Positions 7,923 to 15,714 of a stretch of DNA of 21,070 bases are shown piece by piece (the stretch's first letter is position 1; the number at the start of each line of letters is the position of its first letter). The stretch comes from Gemmatimonadota bacterium (lineage in GTDB: Bacteria > Latescibacterota > UBA2968 > UBA8231). The notes beneath the pieces are model-generated. The model saw only the letters and a list, made by a program, of their open reading frames with translations, had not been told where the DNA came from and did no database searches. Where the stretch lies: positions 1 to 21,070 of the forward strand of contig JAYOYH010000066.1 of NCBI GenBank assembly GCA_038153405.1, given 5' to 3'. The translations under genes were made by a program, and so were the position numbers.

Positions 7923-8940
7923 GCACCGCCTCGCGCGAAGAACCGCCCCCTACGCCCTATTATTGGTGTTGGCCACTGTGCAGGCCCTAAGCGCGCAGAC
8001 GCTTAAAGTGGCCACTATTGCGCCCGAGGGCAGCAGTTGGGTAAAGGCTTTGCGCTCAATCGACGCAAAGGTGCAGCAGGCGACGGACGGTGCGGTGCAG
8101 CTCAAAATCTACGCCGGCGGCGTGCAGGGCGATGAAAAAGTGGTGCTGCGCAAAATGCGCATTGGCCAGTTACATGGAGGCGGCTTTGCCGGCCAGGGCG
8201 CTAGCATTGTGCTGCCGGATATCCTTGGCTTGCAAATGCCCTTTCTCTTCGACGATTACGAGGAGATCGACTGCGTAATCGATTCGATGAATACGACCTT
8301 AAAGAAAGCCTATCAAGACAAGGGATTCGTCCATTTGGGTTGGGCCGATATAGGCTTTGTACACATACTGTCTAAATCGCCGATTAACAGCATAGAAGAT
8401 ATTCGTCGACACACCGTTTGGCGCTTAGAAGAGGAACCCATTACCGAAGTCCTCTTTCGCCTGGCTAATGTGCGCTCGGTGCCACTGGCCATCCCCGATG
8501 TCCTGCTCGGCCTGCAGACCAATATGGTCGATGTAGTCTACGCTCCGCCTGCCGCCGCAATTGTTCTGCAGTGGTTTACCCGCGTGGCCTACATCAACAC
8601 AGTACCTATTAACTACACGCTCGGCGCATTTATTGTCAGCGCTCGGGCATTTGCCCAACTGGCTCCAGACCATCAGACGGCCCTGCGCGAAATCGCAGAG
8701 AAAGAGATGCGCACCTTATCGCTTAAAACCCGGGTAGAAAATGAGGAAGCGCTGCACGTGATGATAGATAACGGGTTGAAGGTCAACGGACTGGACGAGG
8801 GGGCCATCGAAGCCTTCAGAGAGCTGGTGCAATCAACCCAAGCCGAATTGGTCGGCGCCACCATACCCCTTGCCACACAGCAGCGCATCGATTCCCTGCT
8901 GGCGGCATTTCGGCAGGCGCGCGCCCAACGCAGAGATTGA
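7909..8940 (+). CDS. dctP: TRAP substrate-binding protein DctP (TatP-type)
   Basis: Signal peptide; LKVATIAPEGSSW, IYAGGVQGDEKVVLRKMRIGQLHG, VLLGLQTNMVD. Confidence 0.92.
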   Translation: MHSFRHRLARRTAPYALLLVLATVQALSAQTLKVATIAPEGSSWVKALRSIDAKVQQATDGAVQLKIYAGGVQGDEKVVLRKMRIGQLHGGGFAGQGASIVLPDILGLQMPFLFDDYEEIDCVIDSMNTTLKKAYQDKGFVHLGWADIGFVHILSKSPINSIEDIRRHTVWRLEEEPITEVLFRLANVRSVPLAIPDVLLGLQTNMVDVVYAPPAAAIVLQWFTRVAYINTVPINYTLGAFIVSARAFAQLAPDHQTALREIAEKEMRTLSLKTRVENEEALHVMIDNGLKVNGLDEGAIEAFRELVQSTQAELVGATIPLATQQRIDSLLAAFRQARAQRRD

Positions 8941-8950
8941 GGGCTCGGAC

Positions 8951-9436
8951 ATGGGCCGACTTCGCGCCTTAGAAGACGGCGTTCTCGTTTTTTTATTTGC
9001 CGTCTTATTCCTCCTATCGGTCGGGCAAATCGCGCTGCGCAACGCGTTTGTCCAGACTATGCCCTGGGCAGATCCCCTCGTGCGCCATTTGGTCATGTGG
9101 GTCGGACTTTGGGGCGCGCTCATAGCAACGCGCGAAGACCGACATCTCAGCATTGAGGCGCTTAAACCGTTTATTCCACAGAAAATTGCCGGACCGCTAC
9201 AACGGGTTCTACATGCATTTTCAGCCCTTGTATGCGGCTTGCTTTGCTGGCATTCGATTCGCTTTGTAGCGCAGGAAAAGAGCTACGCGACCAAAGCCTT
9301 TCAGGACGTCGATGCCTGGGTGCTCCAGTTGGTATTTCCCCTTGTGTTCTCGCTTATGACCATCCGTTATGCAAAGCGGATGCTGAAAAAGCCCGTGCAC
9401 TCACAGCCTTTCCAGCCCTTGGCAGATTCTCCGTGA
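8951..9436 (+). CDS. dctQ: TRAP small permease DctQ
   Basis: Four TM segments; QIALRN...WADPLVRHLVMWVGLWGALIATREDRHLSIE. Start reassigned to ATG 8951. Confidence 0.88.
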   Translation: MGRLRALEDGVLVFLFAVLFLLSVGQIALRNAFVQTMPWADPLVRHLVMWVGLWGALIATREDRHLSIEALKPFIPQKIAGPLQRVLHAFSALVCGLLCWHSIRFVAQEKSYATKAFQDVDAWVLQLVFPLVFSLMTIRYAKRMLKKPVHSQPFQPLADSP

Positions 9437-10686
9437 TCTCATTTGTCACCGCTCTTTTAGCCGCGCTCGGCCTTCCCCTTTTTATCGCCATTAGTGCTTT
9501 GGCAATGTTCAGCTTCTACGTTGCCGAAATCGATCTGACGGTGCTCTCCATAGAAATGTACCGCATTGCAGAAACGCCCACCTTAACGGCAATCCCGCTC
9601 TTCGCCTTTGCCGGCTTTATCTTAGCCGAGAGCAAGGCGGCCAATCGCCTCGTCGCCTGTTCAAAGGCTCTTCTCGGCTGGCTGCCCGGCGGATTGGGCA
9701 TTATGGCCCTCGTCGTCTGCGCGCTTTTCACCTCGCTTACGGGCGCTTCCGGCATGACAATCGTGGCGCTTGGTGGCCTGCTCTACCCAGCCCTGCAAAA
9801 GGCTCACTACGACGAACGTTTTTCCCTAGGCCTATTGACCACTTCGGGTAGCTTGGGCCTGCTCTTCCCTCCCAGTTTGCCGTTGATTATTTATGGCATT
9901 GTGGCTCAAACCCCGATTGACGACCTATTTATCGCCGGCATACTTCCCGGCCTTCTATTGGTTTGCAGCCTTTCGCTGTATGCCTATATCTACGGCCGCA
10001 GGCATCTTCCCCCAACTCCACCCGCCGATTCTGGACAGGCCCTGGCCCGACTGCGCGAAAGCTTTTGGGAGCTTATCCTGCCTTTTATTGTTCTCGGAGG
10101 TATTTTTAGTGGCATTATTGCCCTGAGCGAAGCAGCCGTACTCTGTGCCACCTATGTATTGATCGTCGAAATGTGCATCAAGCGAGAGGTCGCTCTGGGT
10201 GATTTACCGCGCATAATACGCGAGTGCATGGTGCTGGTCGGTGGCATCTTTATCATACTGGCTGCCGCCATGGCCTATACGAGCTTCCTCATCGACGCGC
10301 AAATTCCAAACCGACTGTTGGATACCATCGCCGAGCACATTGAGAGCAAGCTGCTCTTTCTCATACTCCTAAATGTCTTTCTCCTAGTCGTCGGCTGCAC
10401 GCTCGATATGTTTTCCGCCTTGATTCTCGTCGTGCCCCTGGTACTTCCCATCGCCCAAGCGTATGAAGTCCACCCCGTTCATCTCGGCATTATTTTTCTC
10501 ACAAACCTCGAAATTGGTTATTCAACTCCTCCGGTAGGATTAAACCTCTTCATCGCCAGCATGCGGTTTAATAAACCCATTTTAACGCTCTATATCGCCT
10601 CGCTACCCTATTTGGCCATCATGCTCATCTGCCTCATCTTAGTGACCTATCTACCATCGCTCAGCCTGTTTTTTATTACGCCATAA
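9433..10686 (+). CDS. dctM: TRAP large permease DctM
   Basis: LTAIPLFAFAG, SGSLGLLFPPSLPLIIYG, NLEIGYSTPPVGLNLF. GTG start overlaps the dctQ stop (GTGA). Confidence 0.93.
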   Translation: MISFVTALLAALGLPLFIAISALAMFSFYVAEIDLTVLSIEMYRIAETPTLTAIPLFAFAGFILAESKAANRLVACSKALLGWLPGGLGIMALVVCALFTSLTGASGMTIVALGGLLYPALQKAHYDERFSLGLLTTSGSLGLLFPPSLPLIIYGIVAQTPIDDLFIAGILPGLLLVCSLSLYAYIYGRRHLPPTPPADSGQALARLRESFWELILPFIVLGGIFSGIIALSEAAVLCATYVLIVEMCIKREVALGDLPRIIRECMVLVGGIFIILAAAMAYTSFLIDAQIPNRLLDTIAEHIESKLLFLILLNVFLLVVGCTLDMFSALILVVPLVLPIAQAYEVHPVHLGIIFLTNLEIGYSTPPVGLNLFIASMRFNKPILTLYIASLPYLAIMLICLILVTYLPSLSLFFITP

Positions 10687-10746
10687 CTGTTCAGTCAAGA
10701 CCGCATTGCCTATGTTTCGGCAAACGCCATTTCCGGGGGAGATACC

Positions 10747-11955
10747 ATGGCAAAGATTACGGAGATTCGCACCCTTCGCACGCGCGCAAACGGAACCTGG
10801 GTAATCGTCAAAGTGCTGACCGACCAACCCGGCCTCTACGGCATTGGATCGGCTAGCGACCATCACCATTCCGCCACTATCATTACCGCGATACAAGAAG
10901 TCATCGCCCCACTGCTTATCGGTCGAGATGCTCGTCATATTGAGGACATTTGGCAAAGCACCTATACGAGTGCCTATTGGCGCAATGGCTCCATCCTGAA
11001 CACGGCGCTAGCCGGCATTGATATGGCACTATGGGATATCAAGGGCAAAGAGGCCGGCATGCCCGTATACCAACTGCTGGGCGGCGCCGCGCGCACGGCC
11101 GTCCCCTGCTACGCCCACGCCGGCGGCAACGATTTGGAAGCGCTCATCGACGATATACAGCGCTATATCGAAGAAGGCTACGAAGTTATACGCTGCCAGC
11201 TGGGGCCCTATGGCGGCGGGGGGTTTCGCCCGGCAGAAGAAATTCCACTGCCGCGCAAGGCGCGTCCTAAGGATCGCTTTTTCGACGACGAAATGTATTT
11301 GGAGACCATTCCGAAGATGTTTGCCGATCTGCGAGCTCGCCTTGGGTTTGGTCCCAAATTAACGCACGACGTCCACGAGCATCTGCATCCGCACAACGCC
11401 GTCACCCTGGCCAAACTGCTCGAACCCTACCGCCTGTTCTTCCTCGAAGACGTCCTCTCTCCAGAGCAAATCGCCTGGTTCCGCCACATTCGCGAACAGT
11501 GCACGACTCCTCAGGCCATGGGCGAACTCTTTATCAATCCACACGAGTATTTGCCCCTTATTTCGGAACGCCTTATCGACTTTGTTCGCGTTCGCGTCTC
11601 CAAGGCCGGTGGCATAACCCCGTGCCAAAAAATTGCCCATCTGTGCGAGTTTTTCGGCGTACACACAGCCTGGCAAGAAGGCGGCGACAACGATCCGGTA
11701 AACCAGGTAGCCGCCATGCATCTGGACCTGGCTTCTACGAGTTTTGGCATCCAAGAAGAGAACCACTTTAACCAACGAGAATTGGACGCATTTCCCGGGC
11801 ATGCCGAGCTAAGCGGCGGTTACCTCTACGCCAACGATGAACCAGGCCTGGGAATTGATATAGACGAGGACCGCGCGCGCGCCCTGCTCGAAACAAACGG
11901 AATACATCACGCAGCCGAAGACCGCCGACCAGACGGCTCAATCGTTCGGCCCTAG
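10747..11955 (+). CDS. Enolase-superfamily acid-sugar dehydratase, ManD/RspA subgroup
   Basis: YWRNG, GIDMALWDIKGK, RCQ, metal ligands in HDVHE / FFLED / MGE, C-terminal RRPDGS. GGGGAG SD. Confidence 0.88.
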   Translation: MAKITEIRTLRTRANGTWVIVKVLTDQPGLYGIGSASDHHHSATIITAIQEVIAPLLIGRDARHIEDIWQSTYTSAYWRNGSILNTALAGIDMALWDIKGKEAGMPVYQLLGGAARTAVPCYAHAGGNDLEALIDDIQRYIEEGYEVIRCQLGPYGGGGFRPAEEIPLPRKARPKDRFFDDEMYLETIPKMFADLRARLGFGPKLTHDVHEHLHPHNAVTLAKLLEPYRLFFLEDVLSPEQIAWFRHIREQCTTPQAMGELFINPHEYLPLISERLIDFVRVRVSKAGGITPCQKIAHLCEFFGVHTAWQEGGDNDPVNQVAAMHLDLASTSFGIQEENHFNQRELDAFPGHAELSGGYLYANDEPGLGIDIDEDRARALLETNGIHHAAEDRRPDGSIVRP

Positions 11956-12000
11956 GAAAGGGTAGGTTGGGGGGATTTGTTTCTATTCAATCAATTATAT

Positions 12001-13188
12001 TTACATAAATTTATTTATATGGCAATTAATATAGTCCAACACCTGCTTTCCGCCCGCGCACCCCACTCCACCGGCAAAGTCGAATCCCAGTGCATGCACC
12101 TCTACATCGCCCACGTGTAAAATCCCCGGTTTCATTCTATCGTGTGGATAGAGCAGAAAACCGCACCGCACACCCAGATGCACGGCATAGGCGGCCATTT
12201 GCTGAACATCAGCCGGCGACGGCAGTAGGTCGAGCTTGTATTTGGTATCGAATACGGCACGTGGAGCCCCCGTTTGCAGGTCTAGTAGAGCAAGGTCGAT
12301 GCGAAACGACAGTGGGTGGCTGCCTGGCACCGCGACCTGCCACTGTCGCTTTACCGCATAGCGATCGGCGTAGTGGTCCACCATCCACTGCGCCATACAC
12401 GCTTCATAGAGCGACGGCATGTGCAGTATAAAGGGGGTTATGCGCGCCAAACCGCGCCCAATTCCCGGCCCGCTTCCTTCGAGAAAGAATCGACTTAAGT
12501 AGTGCAGCGGCGCGTAATCGGCTCTGCTGCGGCCGTAGGACAATCGAAGCATCTTCTGCCCTCCTACCGGCTCTAGCCCGACCTGTGTGGCCAGCGTCCT
12601 ATACAGGCGCTTTAGCCGCTGCTGCAGAGGGCCATTCCAGGGCATGGTGCACAAATGGTGCAGCGCCCACAGCGGCACTTGGTTTATGAGGTGATCCGTC
12701 CCCCCCTCGGCAAAGCGGTAGCGCAGAGACCAGGAGCTGCGGAAATCGGGGCCCACGATTTTGCCGCGCAGCGGCGTCCCGGCGGCTTGTCTTTCCGTGA
12801 AATCCCAAGCCAATCCTCTCCGCAGCCGCGCCTGCATTAATTCGATAAATTCCTCTGCCAGCGATGAGGCAATGCCCTCGAGAGATTCTGTTGGCACCGA
12901 TCCGCGCATCCAGCGCATCTTACCCAGTTTGTAGGCATAGTCCAACATACCCCAAACGGATGCGCAGGACACCTTGGGCACCACGTGCAGGACGGAATCC
13001 TTGTTCAGGGGAAATAGGCCAATATACCCCCTCGAGCGCAGGCTGTAGTAGCGCTGCGGACCCAATACCTCAAGGCGAAGCGATACATAGGAAGCGTAAT
13101 GGGTCGCGATGCGCTCCGCTGCGCCCGGAGCCAACTCCTCCTCAGCAATGGAGATGGCTCCCTCCTCTACGATGGAAAAAACCCTCAC
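12001..13188 (-). CDS. mcrC: McrC-family PD-(D/E)xK nuclease subunit
   Basis: GYIG..PKV...MLDYAY, PLRGKI, FILHMPSLYE, RIDL...FDTKYK, DVQQMAAYA. GTG start overlaps the mcrB stop (GTGA). Confidence 0.85.
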   Translation of the reverse strand: MRVFSIVEEGAISIAEEELAPGAAERIATHYASYVSLRLEVLGPQRYYSLRSRGYIGLFPLNKDSVLHVVPKVSCASVWGMLDYAYKLGKMRWMRGSVPTESLEGIASSLAEEFIELMQARLRRGLAWDFTERQAAGTPLRGKIVGPDFRSSWSLRYRFAEGGTDHLINQVPLWALHHLCTMPWNGPLQQRLKRLYRTLATQVGLEPVGGQKMLRLSYGRSRADYAPLHYLSRFFLEGSGPGIGRGLARITPFILHMPSLYEACMAQWMVDHYADRYAVKRQWQVAVPGSHPLSFRIDLALLDLQTGAPRAVFDTKYKLDLLPSPADVQQMAAYAVHLGVRCGFLLYPHDRMKPGILHVGDVEVHALGFDFAGGVGCAGGKQVLDYINCHINKFM

Positions 13189-14663
13189 GCCCCGTGGCCC
13201 AACTCGGCCAAACGGTTTTTAACACCTTCCCAGCGATAGCGCTCAACCGCTTCGGGAAATTCGTATAGAGCTTCGTCGAGATAGGGCTCTATCTCAGAAC
13301 GCCAGATATCTTCCAACACCTCGGGCAAACGCGCCCCATCCTGCAAAAAAAACGAGATGCCCAAGAGCCGATCTTCGCTGTCAATCAGGGCGTTAATCTC
13401 CTCTACCAGCGCGATTAACGGCTGAGGGTCCAACCCCCAGTTGCGCAGTGCTTGGGCGAGGATAGCGAAGTTGGGACTGAGTCGCACAAAGGCGAAGCGG
13501 CGAATCAGAGCCTGGTCGACGGCAGCAATAGAGCGATCTCCCCCGTTCATCGTCGCGAGAATAAGAACGTTGGGAGGAACGGAAAATAGCTGCCCGCTGG
13601 CCGACAGCCGAATCGTCTCGTCGCGATACTCCAGAAGGTAGAGCAATTCGCCAAAAACCCGCGCGATGGGGGCCCTGTTGAGCTCATCAATAAAAAATAC
13701 GTGGTTCGCTTGGGGATTTGCTCGCGCCCGTTGACAGAACTGCAGAAACGTTCCATCGGCATATTCATAAAAGGTCTTGCCCCCTTGTTGGCGCGGCCGC
13801 AGCCCCCGTATAAAGTCCTCATAGGCTGTGGCGGGGTGAAATTGCACCGTTTCGACCGACCCACCGTTTTGTCCGGCGATCCATTGGGCAAAGTGGCGGG
13901 CGACAAAGGTCTTGCCCGTTCCCGGTGGACCGCTGAACACGAGGTGTTTTTTTCGCAAGAGCAGCCGTTGCCAGCGCTCTACCTCAGCTTGCGCATAGCC
14001 TGTTTTTTTAAAGAGTTCCCCTGTGCTTGCGGTCAAATTGCCCCCTTTCACTACGGACGAATCTCCGGCATAGAGGCGCATGGCCACTACAACTGACTGC
14101 ACGCGTGTTGCCCAGGCGTCCTCCGATAGAACCGGCCGCATATTGCGCGCGCGGAAAGGCCGAACCTTTTGCAGACCTACGCCCCGCTGTTTTTCTACGG
14201 ATACGGGGTCTATTTCATAAGCGCGGAATACGGTCAGCCAGAGCGCAGCGCACCGTTGGGCAGCCCACGCACGCAGAGCAGTGCCTCGCCAGGGCGTCAA
14301 CTCTTCGGCCAGCGCGCCGATGGCTTCCGCGTCATCCAATCGGTAATGCGCATAGGGCACGGCAACGAGCGAACATTGGTTTTCGCTCTGGCCGCCCAAT
14401 GAGCGCGCCCGTTCTGCATCGATGAAATCTTCCGCCCGCCACCCAGCCGGTGCCTTGGCAACGTAATAGCAGGCCCTTTCACCGCCCATAATGGGCACGG
14501 GGTGGAGCATTTTAAATCCGCGGATAAGGGAGACCGTGCTCCCCGCTCGCATCGCCTTCACTTCTGGCAGCGGCCTTCTTAACACCTGGACATAGGGACC
14601 TGCAAGCGGCTTGGACAGCCGCAGCCGCAGGGGTTCCAATTCGTCTACTGCACTGTAATTCAT
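13185..14663 (-). CDS. mcrB: McrB-family AAA+ GTPase with a DUF1802-like N-terminal domain
   Basis: Walker A GPPGTGKT, VQFHPATAYEDFI, Walker B FFIDELNRA, FGELLYLLE, McrB NxxD motif TMNGGDRS, LIRRF. AGAGGG SD 7 nt before ATG 14663. Confidence 0.88.
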   Translation of the reverse strand: MNYSAVDELEPLRLRLSKPLAGPYVQVLRRPLPEVKAMRAGSTVSLIRGFKMLHPVPIMGGERACYYVAKAPAGWRAEDFIDAERARSLGGQSENQCSLVAVPYAHYRLDDAEAIGALAEELTPWRGTALRAWAAQRCAALWLTVFRAYEIDPVSVEKQRGVGLQKVRPFRARNMRPVLSEDAWATRVQSVVVAMRLYAGDSSVVKGGNLTASTGELFKKTGYAQAEVERWQRLLLRKKHLVFSGPPGTGKTFVARHFAQWIAGQNGGSVETVQFHPATAYEDFIRGLRPRQQGGKTFYEYADGTFLQFCQRARANPQANHVFFIDELNRAPIARVFGELLYLLEYRDETIRLSASGQLFSVPPNVLILATMNGGDRSIAAVDQALIRRFAFVRLSPNFAILAQALRNWGLDPQPLIALVEEINALIDSEDRLLGISFFLQDGARLPEVLEDIWRSEIEPYLDEALYEFPEAVERYRWEGVKNRLAELGHGA

Positions 14664-14699
14664 TGCCAATCCCTCTGCTTTTACATCAGCGCCATCGCA

Positions 14700-14730
14700 G
14701 TGACAAGAAATTTATTTCGCCCTATCTTTG
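14700..14730 (+). promoter_or_regulatory. Candidate promoter for mltB-DASS
   Basis: GTGACA(14700-14705)-N17-TATCTT(14723-14728)TG in the divergent intergenic region. Confidence 0.45.
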
Positions 14731-14760
14731 CCAAATCCATTCAACTCGTGAGAACGCCTC

Positions 14761-15714
14761 TTGCCCTCTATAGCCTCGCTCCTACTCGTCATCTTCATCG
14801 TTCCTTGTTCGGCCCAGCAGGACTTTGTCGATTGGCTTGCCGCCCTGCGCACCGAAGCTATCGCACAGGGCATTCGCCCCGCCAGTTTCGAAACGGCCCT
14901 GCCCTACCTAAAAATAGACGAACGCGTTCACCAACTCGAAAGCAAGCAACCCGAATTCAACCAAACGCTGAGCGATTACCTCGATAAACGCATTTCAGAC
15001 CAGCGCGTGCAAACCGCTCGACGCCTGCTGTCCGAAAATGAGTCCCTGCTCGACTCGATCTATGCGATCTATGGCGTACCCCCGCGTGCCATTGTCGCCC
15101 TTTGGGGCATGGAGAGCGATTTTGGCCGCTATATGGGCCAGTTTCAGGTCCTCACCTCGCTGACTACGCTAGCCTATTCGAGCCGGCGCGGCGATTATTT
15201 TCGACGCGAACTGATGGCCGCACTCAAGGCAGTAGACGATGGACACGCAACCCCAGAGCATATGCTGGGCTCATGGGCCGGTGCCATGGGGCAGTGTCAG
15301 TTTATGCCTTGGAACTACCAGCGCTATGCCGTCGACTTTGATGCGGATGGCAAGCGCGATATTTGGCATACAAAGGCCGATGCCCTAGCGTCGATAGCCC
15401 ACTTTCTTCAGGCGCTAGGCTGGGACGATTCGCTGACCTGGGGCCGCCCCGTACAGCTTCCAGCCAACTTTGATAGAAACCTAGCAGACGGCAAAACGCC
15501 CAGAGCATTGGCTGAGTGGAACGCCTTAGGGGTGCGCCGCATGAACGGCGACGAATTGCCCCTGCGTCCAATCGATGCGCGCCTGTTGGCCCCCAAACGG
15601 GCGAGCGGAAGGACCTATCTCGTTTACGGTAATTTCGACGTATTCATGAAGTGGAATCGCTCTCACTACTTTGCAATAGCCGTCGGATCACTGAGCGACC
15701 AGCTGCGGCGCTAA
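14761..15714 (+). CDS. Lytic murein transglycosylase, MltB/SltB (family 3) type
   Basis: Signal peptide; ALWGMES (catalytic Glu), GSWAGAMGQCQFMP, EF-hand-like DFDADGKRD, WNRS.YFAIAVG.L. Confidence 0.92.
   Translation: MPSIASLLLVIFIVPCSAQQDFVDWLAALRTEAIAQGIRPASFETALPYLKIDERVHQLESKQPEFNQTLSDYLDKRISDQRVQTARRLLSENESLLDSIYAIYGVPPRAIVALWGMESDFGRYMGQFQVLTSLTTLAYSSRRGDYFRRELMAALKAVDDGHATPEHMLGSWAGAMGQCQFMPWNYQRYAVDFDADGKRDIWHTKADALASIAHFLQALGWDDSLTWGRPVQLPANFDRNLADGKTPRALAEWNALGVRRMNGDELPLRPIDARLLAPKRASGRTYLVYGNFDVFMKWNRSHYFAIAVGSLSDQLRR

Noticed and set aside
9232..9432. N-terminal extension of DctM in the ORF track (similar extensions for hup, mreB, dctQ, DASS and GGCT)
   Set aside because: These overlap upstream genes or promoters; downstream starts with an SD or a stop/start overlap fit family lengths better.
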